Position numbers and translations under genes: made by a program
Assembly: GCF_963506605.1 (NCBI RefSeq)
Contig: NC_083282.1
Location: 67,146,001 to 67,210,000 of the forward strand
Direction of reading: 5' to 3'
Source: Zootoca vivipara
Lineage: Eukaryota
Length of the DNA stretch: 64,000 nt
The notes under the pieces: model-generated
What the model was told of the DNA's origin: nothing
The model's database searches: none
Seen by the model: the letters and a program-made list of their open reading frames with translations, nothing else
Shown here: piece by piece, positions 48,145 to 61,490 of the stretch
Layout: each line of letters starts with the position of its first letter
How positions within the stretch are numbered: the first letter of the stretch is position 1

Positions 48145-50912
48145 CCTTATATTCTTCATTTATTTATTCGTGTTTATAACTTCTTTTTGTAAACCACTTT
48201 GAAGGTTTTGGGGTTTTTTTAAGCCTACAACAATCAAGTAGTATATAAATGTTATGAAATAAAAATATATATATTTAAAAATCAGCTGATAAGTGGGTTT
48301 GTTATTCTGCATTGGCTGCGCATGCTAATTCCCCTGCTGGGAACTGGCGTAGGTAGCCAGAGCAACAGGATTTAACTCCTGCTCAGCAACTGATAAGCAG
48401 GGGTTGAATCCTGCTCAGTTCAGCAGGGAGCAGAACCTGCAGCCAAAGCTCACTGCCAGGTGATTGACAGGTGGGCCCACCAGTGATGTAGAGATAAAGA
48501 ATCAGCTGAAGAATGCCTAGTAGAGAGTATTCTAGCTGTTCTACAAAGGTTGGTTGACAATGGTGTCCAGTTATTGGCTTGTATGTAGATGTAATTTTTC
48601 CTAAGGTACTTGTGCTGTATCATTTCCATCCTGTATGTTGTGATGTAGAGAAGAGTTCAGCTCTCAAGGGCTGGCTTAGGCCACAGAGCATTGTAGGGCT
48701 TAAAATTTGTTCTGTGCTCCACAGCATTCCACAGAATGTTTGTTAAGCAACACACATTATTGGCCAGACTTCTAAATGTCCTTCTTACAGGGAAGAAGCT
48801 GAAATGGAGCAAATGTTCGCCACTGTTAGAAGACCAGTAGACAGAGGAGTGTCAGAGCACCTTTGAAATTCTCACAAGAATTCTAGTACTGGAAATTGCA
48901 CACTGAAAGTTTCTGTATGTTTCACATACTTGTGCCACTTGCATGAAGCTTGGAACAACTTTCTAGAAGGCATGAGGGAAAAGGTCTAATGAGCAGAGGT
49001 TTAAGACCCAGTGAAAGAAGATTGTTTTCCCATAAAGTTCAACTTTTTACTTCTCAAATGGACCAGAGAAGTAACATTTTGTGATTATCTCTATAGCTCA
49101 AAGATTACAATAATCACAAATAACAGCCCCTCGTGTCCTAATCTGAGCCACAAGTTCCTGTATTTATGCTCAGCAACTTCTAAATGTAGAAAAGCCAGAA
49201 TCTGGGAATGATCCAGGGAGTATTTTTACACAGTCATCATGCTACATGTGTGAAATTATTTCTAAGCAAAGGAAGTTGCTTATAAATGAACCCCAGTGGT
49301 CACTTTATTGAACAAGGGGCAATGCTATGCCAGGCAATACACTAGATTCAAATCTCAACGCAGAGGCTATAGAATATTCGCCTCAGCTTCACCAACTTAT
49401 GACTCTCCATCCAGCATCAGTAGGAGAGATGTCAAGGTGCAGAAAACAGAAGAACCACCATCAAGTATCTTCTACAAAGACAGATACTACAGTATTTGTA
49501 ATGAAGACAGTAACTGGCTATGAGAGGGTATGGTTGAAGTACAATCAACCTCAACATCCTTATCTATTAAAGAAAAAGATTAACCACCCAATGAGTTGAA
49601 GACTTTATTGCTGTTGCTGTGTTTTGTTTAGGATAGCGTGTGACCCAGTGGACTGTTGAAGGGGACAGTAGTTTCACAGGGGAGGATGTCACCCCCACTT
49701 CAAAATGCTGAAAATCTAAAGGCATTGTTGTTAATGGTTCTTTCTGAGGTACGGTAAATGTGTTAAGACAAAGCCAGGTGTTGGGTTTGCTTCAGTTTTG
49801 AAGTACTGCTGAGTTTGGGTGTTCTTAAGAACCTTATTTTTTATAGATAAGGATGCTGAAGAACTGATTATGCTTCAGCTATCGCCTCTCATAACTACTC
49901 TCTTCATTACTGTAATTATAGTCTAAATAGCATCATAGTTTCAAAAATTATGATATAAAAACTGGGCATTCAGTGGTTAAAAGCGTCAAGAGCTGGAGAT
50001 TCCAGGCTGACAGAAAGCTTTACCTCAGAAGAACAACAGGAGCAACATGACCTGAGGCCTAGTTTATTTGCTTGTAATGCAAGCCCTTATCATACATTAT
50101 TCACGTATACAATAAATATGTGAGGGGCTGGGTGGGCAGCAGGCTGTGCCCCTAACGTACACACATTCATTGTATTGCCTGAAGAGGACCCCATTCATAC
50201 AACTGGGAAAACAGGGTCCCCAAACAGGCAGGGAAAAGCCCTCCACATCTACAGTTGTATGTGTGGGGTCCTTTCTTTCTTTCTTCCTTTCTTCTTTTTA
50301 CAGAACAATGATCGTGTGTACATTGGAGCAGAGCTGCTGCCACAGTGCCACCCCCCCCCTCATGCAATTAACTGTATGCATAGAATAACATATTAAAAGG
50401 GCTATTGTGTTTCAAGTATGAGGGAGATGTTTCAACCTGATTATTGAAGGAGATTCCAGTTGTAAGAAGAGACAGCAGCTGACATGAAACATCACAGGGA
50501 CAACACAATAGTGGATGGGTTAAACTAAAAAAGACCTATGATGTAAAGAATGTGTTGCACAGAGTGTGGAAAGTTCCATTTTGTAAGTGAAAAACAAGCA
50601 TTTTAAATAGGAAAATATGCCATTCTGACCTTGCTTATTATTGTGTACTACCATAGATCCAGGGAAACTACAAGTGGGATCATGCTGTCCACCCTAGAAC
50701 TGAATCCAGTCACCTTAACTGTTGGGGAAAATCCTTTTAGAATTCTGTTTTACAAAGGTGGTTACACTGGCAATTCCTCTCACATTTTCTTTATGCAGTA
50801 TAACATCAACCAGACCAAGAAAATCAAGTAATAATAATCCTAAGCATTCTTACTGTGAAAAGACTTCCAGGAGATTTGCTTCAAAGCAACTTAAATTTAC
50901 TTCAAATTAATA

Positions 50913-51270
50913 GGTAAAGGTAAAGGGACCCCTGACCATTAGGTCCAGTCGTGACCGACTCTGGGGTTGCGCGCTCATCTCGCATTATTGGCCGAGGGAG
51001 CCGGCGTATAGCTTCCAGGTCATGTGGCCAGCATGACAAAGCCGCTTCTGGCAAACCAGAGCAGCACATGGAAACGCCGTTTACCTTCCCGCTGTAGCGG
51101 TTCCTATTTATCTACTTGCATTTTGATGTGCTTTCGAACTGCTAGGTTGGCAGGAGCTGGGACCAAGCAACGGGAGCTCACCCCGTCACAGGGATTCGAA
51201 CTGCCGACCTTCTGATCAGCAAGCCCTAGGCTCAGTGGTTTAACCCACAGAGCCACCTGGGTCCCTTTAC
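50913..51270 (-). mobile_element. Sauria SINE, complete with TSD
   Basis: (ACCTTT)n tail on the minus strand; 13-bp TSD CTTCAAATTAATA (50900-50912, 51271-51283); near-identical to 44274-44619. Confidence 0.92.
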
Positions 51271-53422
51271 CTTCAAATTAATATTGAGATGTTAATCTAA
51301 CAGTTTCAGAGAGGAACGTTACACTTTCACCTGTGAGAAATGTCCTGGAAGTTACAATAACAGTGAGAAACATACTTTCAAGTATGACATCTCATCCTTA
51401 ACCCAGTTATGAGATAATTCAGGCTTGAAACAAATTTGTAAATATGATGCACATTATTGGTTTCCCTTCACCCTCTAATCTGGAGTGTGTTTGTGAAAGA
51501 GAGACCTAAAATTCAGCCCTTTTGGGGGGGAAACAGAGCATCTCATAGAATAATAAAGGGCATTTGGACTTCCTTAAACCAATCCTATGGTTTCCTTGTG
51601 TGCATATTTTCTGTGGTTGATACGGCCAGTTCGTTCTTCTACTCCTTCCCATGGTATATATTTTGGCTTCCTTTTCCTAAACAAACACCCATTTCACCCA
51701 TGCCTTCCTCTGTTGCTGCCCAATACTATATATTTTTATTTCCTTATCTATGAGACAGAATTTATTTTCCTCTTAGTAGGCTTTCAGCTTTATTTCTTCA
51801 CCATGGTACAGTACTGTTATGAGTTTGGGTGCTAGAGTTTGTGGGTGCAAGGCACTCATAATTTCTGGATTTAGTAAATTTTAGGATTTAATCAATGCTT
51901 GGAGTATTAAAATGGGATGCCAGATGCTGGATTTAGCATATTGAAATACAGGTCAAAACAGATTCCTGTGTCAGGTAAATCTCCTGGGGAGATGGATCAT
52001 TAAAAGAGGTCAAAGAGAAGACAGGGAACCATCAAGAAAGGGATTGATAAAGCAATGACTCTCCGCCAGCCAGCAGATGGGTGAAGCCCCACCCTGAGCT
52101 CTGAGCTCATGAATCTAAAGACAATGCCAGAGGTTATTGTTAGGAGGAAGTTTTAGGATTTCAGTGGGCTGTGGCATGATCAAGGGTAAAAGGGGTCAGT
52201 CTGTAAAATGTTGCAAGTCGGAGACCACGTTCAGATAACAATGTGGGCTCCTTGTATCAGAAGCTGCAGCAATGGGAGAGACAGGAGTGTAATGCTTTGA
52301 ACCCCTCCATTGTAGGCTCAGGATGTACATATGTGTAAATAAACAATATATCATAAAAACACCACAGCCTCATTTCCAAACGAAACATGAACCCTGGTTA
52401 AATGCTTGGAGCCCTGGAATCTCACATCACTTGGAGATTGGGGTGGTGTTTAACAATATTCTACACTCTTCCAACGATATTTTTGCCCATTCACTGCCCC
52501 AAAGTTCTTCAGCCATTCCTACCTCACTTTTCTATACTGCCTCAGAGCCAAACGCTCTATGATGCCCTGTATGGACTGTATAACTAAGCACCATGATCTG
52601 GTCCTTTTGTAGCAAGGTAAATAAAATACTGCCATTCATAATTAAAATGCAGACACTAGTTGATTCATGCCATATACCCAACCATAAATGGTTATTTATT
52701 CCGTTGAGCTTTTCCTCAAATGACAACCTTCTCCCAAAGTATATTTTTTGTGTGGTGTTCCTCAAAACAAATGTTTTGAAACACTTGGAGAGGAAGCGAA
52801 GACCACGACACAAACCTGAACAATGTCCCGGACGTGCCAATTGTAAAGCTGGTTATCCAACTGCAGAATGTGACTCTTACTTCATCAATACTACCTTCTT
52901 CCTCTTTCACTTCCTGTAGAAATCCATTACTAGGTGCAGGCCTTCCAGTATGACTCTACAATTTTCTGATGAGCCTAAACTGAACAGTGAATGTTCTGAG
53001 ATTCTTAATTCCATATTCTACAAGCAATTCTTTCCCCCTGTATTTTCCCTATCTTATTTTAATTTAGTCTTTATTTGAAATATGATCGGTTGGGAACCAT
53101 TTCAGGTCCACTCCATTTTTAAACTGTTCTTTCTTTTGCTTAGGGACATTAATAGTCTACCCCACATGCACTTTTTCTTCTGAACTTCAGTTGCCATGTT
53201 ATATTCCATTCCTAGAAACATAAGAAAATGGTAATAATGAGTGGGTTCCATACATCATTATCCCCCCCCCGCCTCATAGCTGTCAACCCCCCCTCTTTTT
53301 TTTTTGCAGGAAACTCCCTTATTGCAAGCCACAGCTGTCAGCCTTCCCTTTTTTTGCTGGAAATTCCCTTATTCCAGCACCGTTTCCCGCTGCTACCTTG
53401 GATTGTTAGATATACTTTAGAC

Positions 53423-53557
53423 CAGGCACCCCAAACTTCGGCCCTCCAGATGTTTTGGACTACAATTCTCATCTTCCCTGATCACTGGTCCTGCTAGCTA
53501 GGGATCATGGGAGTTATAGGCCAAAACATCTGGAGGGCCGCAGTTTGGGGATGCCTG
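53423..53557. mobile_element. hAT-type MITE (same family as 1765-1901)
   Basis: CAGGCACCCCAAACT...AGTTTGGGGATGCCTG; imperfect TSD CTTTAGAC/CCGTAGAC. Confidence 0.85.
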
Positions 53558-53959
53558 CCGTAGACTGTCCCTGGGACAGGTGAGGCTGCTGCTGATCCCT
53601 TATTTTCAAATCCAAAAGTTGACAGCTTTGCCCCCATTCCGCTTCTCTGCATAGCTCTTCAGCTTGTACTTCAGTGCTTAACACATTGTCTATTTTCACG
53701 TATGAAAAAATAAAGGCACTAACCCTGCAACATCAAGGTATCACAGAAGCCTCTCTTCACAAAGCTGCCAACTATTTATTGGTGGTTTGGAGCCTACTCC
53801 TCCAGGGCAGAACATTACCTGGAAGGAACTTTCCTTCAAAAATTGAAGTGACTTATGTGTTCTAGCCAAGAGTGCCTTCTGATAGATCTTAGAAGATTTG
53901 CTGAAGACAGTTAATTGGGACAAACGCAGGTTGTTTATCACTCTGTGCTTCCTAGAAAC

Positions 53960-54245
53960 CACTACTACAACATCTCTGAGAGGTAGCCATCCAGCCTCTT
54001 CATAAAAGCCTCGAACCACATTTGGGGCAGTTTGTCCCTCTGGCAGAACAGTTTGTAGTCAGGAAGTTCCTCGTGTTTAGTCTAAAGTTCTTGCCATTCG
54101 AAAGAAGTTGTGCTTTTACCCCCTGTAGGGTTGTGCTTTTACCCCCTGTAGGCACAGAAACAAATTCGCCTCTGTGACAGCCCTTCAAATATGTGAATAT
54201 GGCTATCAAATCGGCTCTTGAGCTGCCTCTTCTGCGTTTCTTTTT
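53960..54245 (-). mobile_element. Old CR1 ORF2 C-terminal fragment
   Basis: Minus strand KKRRR..RADLIAIFTYLKGCHRGE...FRLNTRNFLT resembles CR1 KRRLRGDMIxVFKYLKG...FxLNIRKNFLT. Confidence 0.65.
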
Positions 54246-54349
54246 GGGGTGGGGGCAGGTCCCAGCCCAGTCCTTCTCAGGTATGGCAAAGTGCTGGTAA
54301 CTTTGGGAGCGGATCTCGGCTCTAAGTTGAGAGTTTAGCCCAAGCCCTT

Positions 54350-56100
54350 CACTTGTGTGCGAGCGAAAACACGCCCAAGGGGCATACCTGGAGACTTGGG
54401 GAGTCGGTAGGGGAGTTCCTCCAGGTTCGCCCCCCCCCTCCTGCCGCAGGGTTTTGCGGAGAGCAAGCAGGTCCGCAAAGTGAAAAGTCTGCCCGTACGA
54501 GCCCCTCTGCTGCGACCCCCTTGCAGAGTTCACCGCCTCTTCTTTCTGTGGGACCCATTCCCCCGTGGCCAGGGTGACTATAGAGCCCCATGCGGTACCT
54601 TCCCGCGAATGAACCTGAGGGTTGGGAAGGGGTGTGTGGAAGCGAGAAGAGAAGAACAAGCCCGGAGGGGCTGCGGCGAAGAACCTGCCCCAAGCCCCTT
54701 CCGCGAGAGAGTGCGGCCAGGAAAGCGGCGGCGGCGGCGCTCCCTGCTCGCTCCGCACATGCCAGGCCCTCCCCGTCCCTCGGTGGGTCGGCATTCGGGG
54801 CAGGCCCGCTCTCAGGCGCGGGGTGTTCTGGCGACACCCTCCCGCCCTGTGGCGGTCCCAGCGCCCGCCTGAGAGAGGTTGCTGTGGGAGCCCAGCCCAG
54901 GCGCTCTCCCCTCCCCCCATCCTCCTCCTCCTCCTCCTCCGCTCTCTCTCTCTCCCCCCCCTCGCCTCGGTGCCTGGAACAATAGAGTGCGAGTGGAGCC
55001 GGCTCTGGGCTGCGCTCCCTCCCCTTCTCCCTCTCCCCGCCTCTCCTCCCCTCCCTCCCGCCCGCCCTGAGCCAGAGGCAGAGCAGCCGCCGCCGGAGGA
55101 GCCGGTTCCATGCCCGCTGGAGCCTCCTCTCGCCTCGTTCTCCCCCTCAGCTCGCAGCCCCGGCATGGACGTTAGGTTTTACCCTTCCGCCCCCACCGCC
55201 GTTGGTTCCTTGTCTGGGGCCGACCCCACTTGCTTGGGCCCCCTGGACTATTACCATTGCAACAAGGTAACAAGGGGGAGGGATGAGAGAGGGGCGGGCG
55301 GGCGGACGCGGGAGGGGGGGAGGCGAGGAGGGACGGGCGCAAGTGACCGTGCAAGGGTGGAGGATGCAAGCGACCGTGCGCCCAAGTCTCAGCCCCCTAC
55401 CCCACCCCACCTCCCCTTATTCCCCACGTCGCGCCTCCTCCTCTTCCCCCCCTCTGGGATGCTGCCCCCTTTGCCCCACACTAACAGCGATGGCGCGCAC
55501 GGCGCTGCGCGGGACTTGTCAGCGCTCCCCGCACGGGGCAGCGCCAGGAGTTGATTCAATGGCACCCCTGAGCAAAGCTCTCGCTCTCGCTCTCTCACCT
55601 CCCCCCCCCACCGCCCCACGCACTTTGGTCCAGTTGCGAAGGCTCCGCAAAAACTGGGGAGGGAAAGGTTTCTGCCTCTCTCGCAAATCGCCCCAAAGTC
55701 CCATGTTCAGATCGCCGGCTTGCTTGCTACGGTAGCAGCAAAGGGAAAAGAAGCAAGCGCTTTAAAAACCGGGAAGGGAGAAAAAAACGATCGAGGCTGA
55801 AACTTCTCCTCCTCCTCCTCTGGGGAGCAAGAGTGTGGAAGGTAGCAAGAGAGCGGCTGCATCCTGCAGGAGGGAATTTCAAAACTATTTGGTTTCCCAG
55901 CACCCAGGCTGCTTGCTTGAAAGCTGCGACGCAGTTCTCTTTCCCATCTTCGAAGCAAAAGCAGAACAGGAGGGGGGGGTGTTGTTTAGGGTGGATGGGG
56001 GATATGCTGGGAAGGGTGGGGGGGAGAGGAGTGGGAGAGAGGCAGTTGGTTATCAGTTGCGTCGTCACTTCAGACCCCGGATTAGACCTCTCAGTTTTGG
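54350..56100. promoter_or_regulatory. CpG island / promoter and 5' region of the TOX-family gene
   Basis: Abrupt rise in GC and CpG density around the first coding exon, with GC-box-like and polypyrimidine tracts; not bounded by TSDs. Confidence 0.85.
55165..55266 (+). CDS. TOX2: TOX high mobility group box family member 2, coding exon 1 (34 codons; gene continues beyond window)
   Basis: MDVRFYPSAPTAVGSLSGADPTCLGPLDYYHCNK followed by a phase-0 donor AAG|GTAACA; Kozak GGCATGG. MDVRxYP is the TOX/TOX2/TOX3 N-terminus; PSAP-AVG-GA(D/E)P-LDYYH best matches TOX2 as I recall it. Confidence 0.82.
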
Positions 56101-56145
56101 TAAACATATTATAGACGGGAAGAAAAACAAAATCTGAACGCAGAA

Positions 56146-56182
<37 letters not shown>

Positions 56183-59100
56183 GTTTGGGGGAGGAGTGGA
56201 ATTGTATGGGCTCAAGAGGCTGCTTGGTTGGAAATGTATTTCTTGCATGCCTGGCTATGGTTTCTGTTGGACAATGTACAGGCTAGGGGAGAAATGCTTT
56301 AGGGTGAGTATATTATAACCCCCCTCCAATTCTTTAATGTCTGTCTCAGAGGAATCTATATATGATAAAGACTGTTCACACCTGGATTTAGCCATATATG
56401 CAGTGGTTAGAACTTAACAGCCTTTATGTTTTTGTTTTAGCATTTCTCTAACTCAGGCTGCAGGTTCTTGTCCCTTAGTTGTCAACCCCTCCCCTCTCCT
56501 CCCCCTCCCCACAATACAGTTACTTCTGTTAAATGCAACTGAGAGACATGGATTATGTATAATTCATAAGATCTACAGCACAACATGAAAATCTTTCTAA
56601 CCTAGATTTGTCTATTTACTACTGCAAGAACGTGCACTGTGTGTGTGTGTGGTGTGTGTGTGTAAGAGAGAGAGAAATTTGTTAGAAGATATTTAAGAGT
56701 GCGTAGTGTTTTGGCCAATGGCTTTAACTGAGAGGAATAAGAGAGTAAAGCACAGATATTGTCGGTATTTATCTGTGAGTACTATCCATTTCAGGCTTGA
56801 GGACAGCAAAACTTCAACATTTCAATGAAAGAATTTGAAACTTTGGATTATTTAATCATGCACAAATATGTATTTGTTTCATATTATCAGATGCTTGCAA
56901 TTTTGTAAAGTAATGGAAGTTGCAGAGCAAAAGGTTTTGTTTTTGTGGTATATTGAGTTTTCTAATACAAATTTGTTTTAAATTCTGAAGCTTTCCCTTC
57001 CTACACTGATATGTGCCTTTAAACATTCATCACAGTTTCAGGCTATTTGCAATTGTGATATATTTGCATATGGTTTTATATAAACATTTAAAAATCTATA
57101 GTACGTCTATCCACAGCTGTCTGGGCTGTCAAATCTAATTTGAAAATTTCTTTCTGAAATGCAAGTATTTTCCAATTCATATCATTTTATTCATGTAACA
57201 ACAATGGCTTCCAAAACACAAAGTGTCACTTATTCTTGCAGGAAGAAATTTTACATTTTCATTATTATCAAAGAACCAACTGCTAACATACAAGACCTAT
57301 ATAATACCAGTCTTTAAAGAAAAATAAACGCGTTTTGGAATGTTGTCTTTTTTTATATATAAATATTGAAAAATGTTAGAAGTAAATCCATGGTGGTTTT
57401 TCTTCATCTGGAAAGTTGAAATATAAAGCATTACAACTTGTAATTAGCCATTAAAAGGGGTGAATGCAAGAGATCTGTAGCAACTTTAGAGTAAAATGGA
57501 AAGTTACAGCATGACTACTTTGCCATAAACTTTGATCATAGGTAGGCCAAGGGGAAAACACAATTATTGCACATGTTGGGCAGGTGTTTTGGCTGCAGTT
57601 AGTTGAAAGTCACTTGCTGTTAATGCATCTTTTTACAAAAGTGCTGTTTCTAACAATGCCGGGGAAAAGCAACACAGAGAGAGTCACAGAGTGCTGTAAT
57701 AGTTCTTTGTCAATTTCTCTGATAAAGCAAATAACTTCAAGTTTGATTGATAAAGAGTCCAGAAGAGGTGATGAAAAGGAGCACATACAAAATACTGACC
57801 ACTGCCACCAGGTGCTGCTGTTGTCACTGTTACCAGGATCTTAAAAAGAGAGAGAGGAAAGAAGAAAAAATGTTAAATATGTAACTAGCAACCAATATAA
57901 ATATCCCACTGCTGTCAATTGCTATTTACATAGTCAGAATGGGCCAAATGGACTTGTACAGTAAATCATCTTTGTGTAAAGAAAGTAGGATTGCAGTTGC
58001 AGTATCCCAGAGGCCCATGTTCAGCCTGTTCCCTTAAAAGATGTTACCATGGGCTCTAAAATTTCTCTTCCCCCAAAGTACTCATATAGAACGATATACA
58101 GTATGTGGATTTTTCTCTCACAGTGATAAACATTGTCATTTTGCTCAATGCTGTAGACAAGGTTTACAGGTGGTTCTTTCCTCAAAGGTTGCACAATTTG
58201 AGAGCCTCAAAGAATACACATTGCAAGGGGATCGTTTCCTTAGGCAGGACAATCAGGGAATTCAGCAGCTCCTCCAGGTGAATATTATGAAAGAAGCAAA
58301 AGTTTCAATGGGGTTTGAATGGAAGAAAGGGAAATAGACTGAGATGTGTTCGGGATTGCTAACTCTGCCCTTCCTTAGTTGAGATTTTAGAATGAAGGAG
58401 GGCCAGCCTCTGCTTTCTGTAATTTAAGGGGAATGTTAGCTTGGAGGAGACTGATATGAGGCCTAGTTATTGCTTCTTTTCTTCCCCCCCCCCCAAAAAA
58501 AACACACAAAACAAACCAGGGAATTTGAGAGTGTGTGGTACTGATTTTCTGAGGTTTCCTCAGGAGCTCAAACACGAAAAGGGTGGGATTTTGCCAAACA
58601 AGCTTTCAAGCTCTATGATTGAAATGTTTTTCCTTCCAGAGGAGTGGGTGGGCACAGAAACTCTGCAGGAGGAAGGGTTGTGTAGTGTGCATTGTGCACT
58701 AGATGTAGGAATAGAAGTGAAGGACATAGTATTGCAATAGCTCTGTGTTTTCATACCCCTGAGCCAATAGGTGTTTCTGATATGGCCATTGAGCTTTCTG
58801 TAGAAACACTGTTTAGCTCAAACCATCCTGAAGTGCTAATGTTTTGTGCATTTATTGAACACAATATTGTCATCATGAGATTTCCTATTACATTTGTGCA
58901 CTGCAGCAACAGTTTCTCTTTGCAGTCACTGAAATACCTGTTATACACCAGCATTTCCATTTTAATAGGACAGGGATGTTTGTAGTAGGGCTTGTCTAAT
59001 GTCGATGTGAATACCCAGTTAAACGCCATTTGCTGTGCTCTGGGGTATCGTCCAGTTGCTTGTTTGGAATAATCTGTTGAGAGCTGGCATTGTGTGGTGG

Positions 59101-60233
59101 CCAATAATGTAAGCCATGGTCCAAGAAGTTTTGTTTATTTATGGCATTTATACCATGCCCTTTAGCCAAAAAGGCTATTGGAATGGCTTGCAAAAATCAA
59201 TATTAAGTTCTTGTTCAAATGGCACCTCACCCACAAAGTCACTAGGTTGCCTTAGACAAGCAACTATTCTCTCAGTCTTAGCACTCATTATGCAATATAC
59301 TGCAAACATTGCCAGTAATTCTAGCCAACCTTACAGGATTCTTGAGAGGATTACTGGGCTATGTGAAGTACTTTGAACACTGAAAAGTCGACATATAAAT
59401 GCTATGTTCTTGTTATTAGGTCTCTATATATTGAGAGTGACCTTGCAAATAAGCAAAAATGTGATTAGCCTGCAAAATGTCTACTAGTCTGCTTGTCCAT
59501 ACATTAGTAGCCAAAATAAGTAAAAGAACTCACTCATGATATAACAAAGCTTCCCCTCAGATTTGTAACTGGAGGCAGTAGTAAATCACCACAGGAAACC
59601 AAGCAAGTTGCTGCTTATGGCCTGAATATTGGTTCTTACATTGGCACTCAGTGCTTCCATGCCACCTTATCTTGTAGCAAAACAGTAGGCCTGACAATAT
59701 TTCACCATTGTGTTGGCTTCCAGCTGATTTCTGAGCCAACTGAAAGTGCTGGTTCTGATCCATAAAGCTGTAATGGTCTGGGACCAGAGTTATCTACAGG
59801 AGCACCTGTTTCTATATGAACCTGCCAATTCATTAAGATCTGCTGCTTCAGGTGCTCCCTTTAGAAGTGAAGTTGGAGGCTTCTGGGGATGCTGCCATGA
59901 CTGTGGTAGCACCTTGACTGTGGAGTTCCAACTCCAATATAATTAGCTACGTGCCAACACTTTGGGCATTTAGATGTTGGAGTTAAAACTTTGCTTTCCC
60001 CCCAGGCATTTGAGTTATCAACTTTTTGTTAAGGCTGACTCTTTTTTATTATTATCACAATTTAATTGGAGATCATTCTCTTTCAACTTTGTTGTTGGGA
60101 AAAAAGTTGTGTGTGTGTGTGTGTGTGTTTGTGTGTTATTATCTATTTAAAACAAATAGGTACTCTTGCTACATATAATTTGTATGTCTTGTTTCCTATG
60201 TGTAGATGATCTCAGTGTATTAACAATATTATG

Positions 60234-60432
60234 TTACTTCCTGACAGTAAGAGCTGTTCGGCAGTGGAATTTGCTGCCAAGGAGTGTGGTGGAGTCTCCT
60301 TCTTTGGAGGTCTTTAAGCAGAGGCTTGACAGCCATCTGTCAGGAATGCTTTGATGGTGTTTCCTGCTTGGCAGGGGGTTGGACTGGATGGCCCTTGTGG
60401 TCTCTTCCAACTCTATGATTCTATGATTCTAT
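60234..60432 (+). mobile_element. CR1 LINE 3' end
   Basis: FLTVRAVRQWNLLPRSVVESPSLEVFKQRLDSHLSGML* plus an (ATTCTATG)n tail. Confidence 0.92.
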
Positions 60433-61344
60433 GTGTAAAGTGGCCTTTATTCTTCCCAGGATGATCTGCTGTTTTATGCAAACTTTTAAGTTCCCTAAAA
60501 CCAAAACTGCTGCTTTTGCGTGAAAGCTTAGGAGTATAACTGGGACTCCTTTTAGATTCTCTAACTCTTAATTGTGCGTATCCCATATTGAAAGACGTCC
60601 ACCTCCCAATATGTCAGATAAAAATTACGATATGTACAAATTTCCTTTAAATTTCTATCCCCCCGTCGAGAAAAGAAAAGATTCTCAAACAAATATGTTC
60701 ACAAAGTTAAAAGAAAAATAGCAGCTTCAAAAAGCCTTTTAAAGACAACCCCACAAATCTTATGACTATGGCAAGCAAATTCTGCATCAGATACTTATGG
60801 TGAGTTTGAATGTTTATACAACAGAAAGGCCCAGTTCTAAATTCCTTACTCGGCCAAAGGTGCCATTGAAGAAAAGCAATATAGAAGGATTCCTGTGTGA
60901 TTGAGGAATGCAGGGTCAGGGAATGGTGATAAATGTATTATTGCTTGTGCTCTGTTTTTTTCCCCCTACAGAAAACTTGTAAAAGTAGACGTAAAGTCTC
61001 TGGTTTTTCAACTGTGTAGATGTAAACAGAGACTTTTTGTTCTTCATTACAGTTGCAGAAGTAGCTTTAATTACATTTTCAAAGTCCCTGATAAATATGC
61101 TGAGCTAAAATTTGCCTGAGAATAACCTTCCGAGAAGTTTCCCTTTTCTGGTTCCCTCCTGCAACTGTTGGAAAATTCTAGCCCACACTCACCAAATATC
61201 AGATTCAATGGGCCTGGCAATATGGTGGGGAATTTTGAGCACAACTGTGGATCCAACCTAATAATATATTTAAGGAAGCAATGGGCTTGGCCCCTACTCC
61301 TTTCCATTCTTCTCTCTTAGCCCATTGCTTCCTGCCATCCACCT

Positions 61345-61490
61345 ACATAGCTCAGTCGCTACAGCATGAGACATTTAATCTCAGGGTCATGGGTTTGAGC
61401 CTGATGTTGGGCAAAAAGATTCCTTCATTGCAGGGGATTCGACTAGATGACCCTTGTGGTCCCTCCCAACTCTGTGATTCTGTGGTTCTA
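61345..61490 (+). mobile_element. tRNA-head / CR1-tail SINE (POMSINE-like), degenerate
   Basis: tRNA(Lys)-like TAGCTCAGTCG..GCATGAGAC.TTTAATCTCAGGGTC.TGGGTT.GAGCC followed by CR1-type GACTAGATGACCCTTGTGGTCCC..CCAACTCTGTGATTCT. Confidence 0.65.

Noticed and set aside
48930-49600. Coding-looking non-repetitive stretch with 66-90 aa ORFs (similarly 52530-52920)
   Set aside because: No recognisable protein motif, splice structure or promoter; cannot be supported without a homology search.
54000-55166. 388-aa minus-strand ORF and other long overlapping ORFs in the CpG island
   Set aside because: Low-complexity G/R/P-rich translation caused by GC richness. It is antisense to TOX2 exon 1, and its 3' end is a decayed CR1 fragment.
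55165-55266. Assignment of the exon to TOX or TOX3
   Set aside because: It shares MDVRFYP and the terminal CNK with TOX, but the central PSAP-AVG-GADP-LDYYH pattern fits TOX2 better. Final assignment needs downstream exons or synteny.
61345-61410. tRNA-like sequences (also at 46180, 5057 and the Sauria SINE heads)
   Set aside because: Degenerate cloverleafs fused to SINE bodies and tails; not functional tRNA genes.
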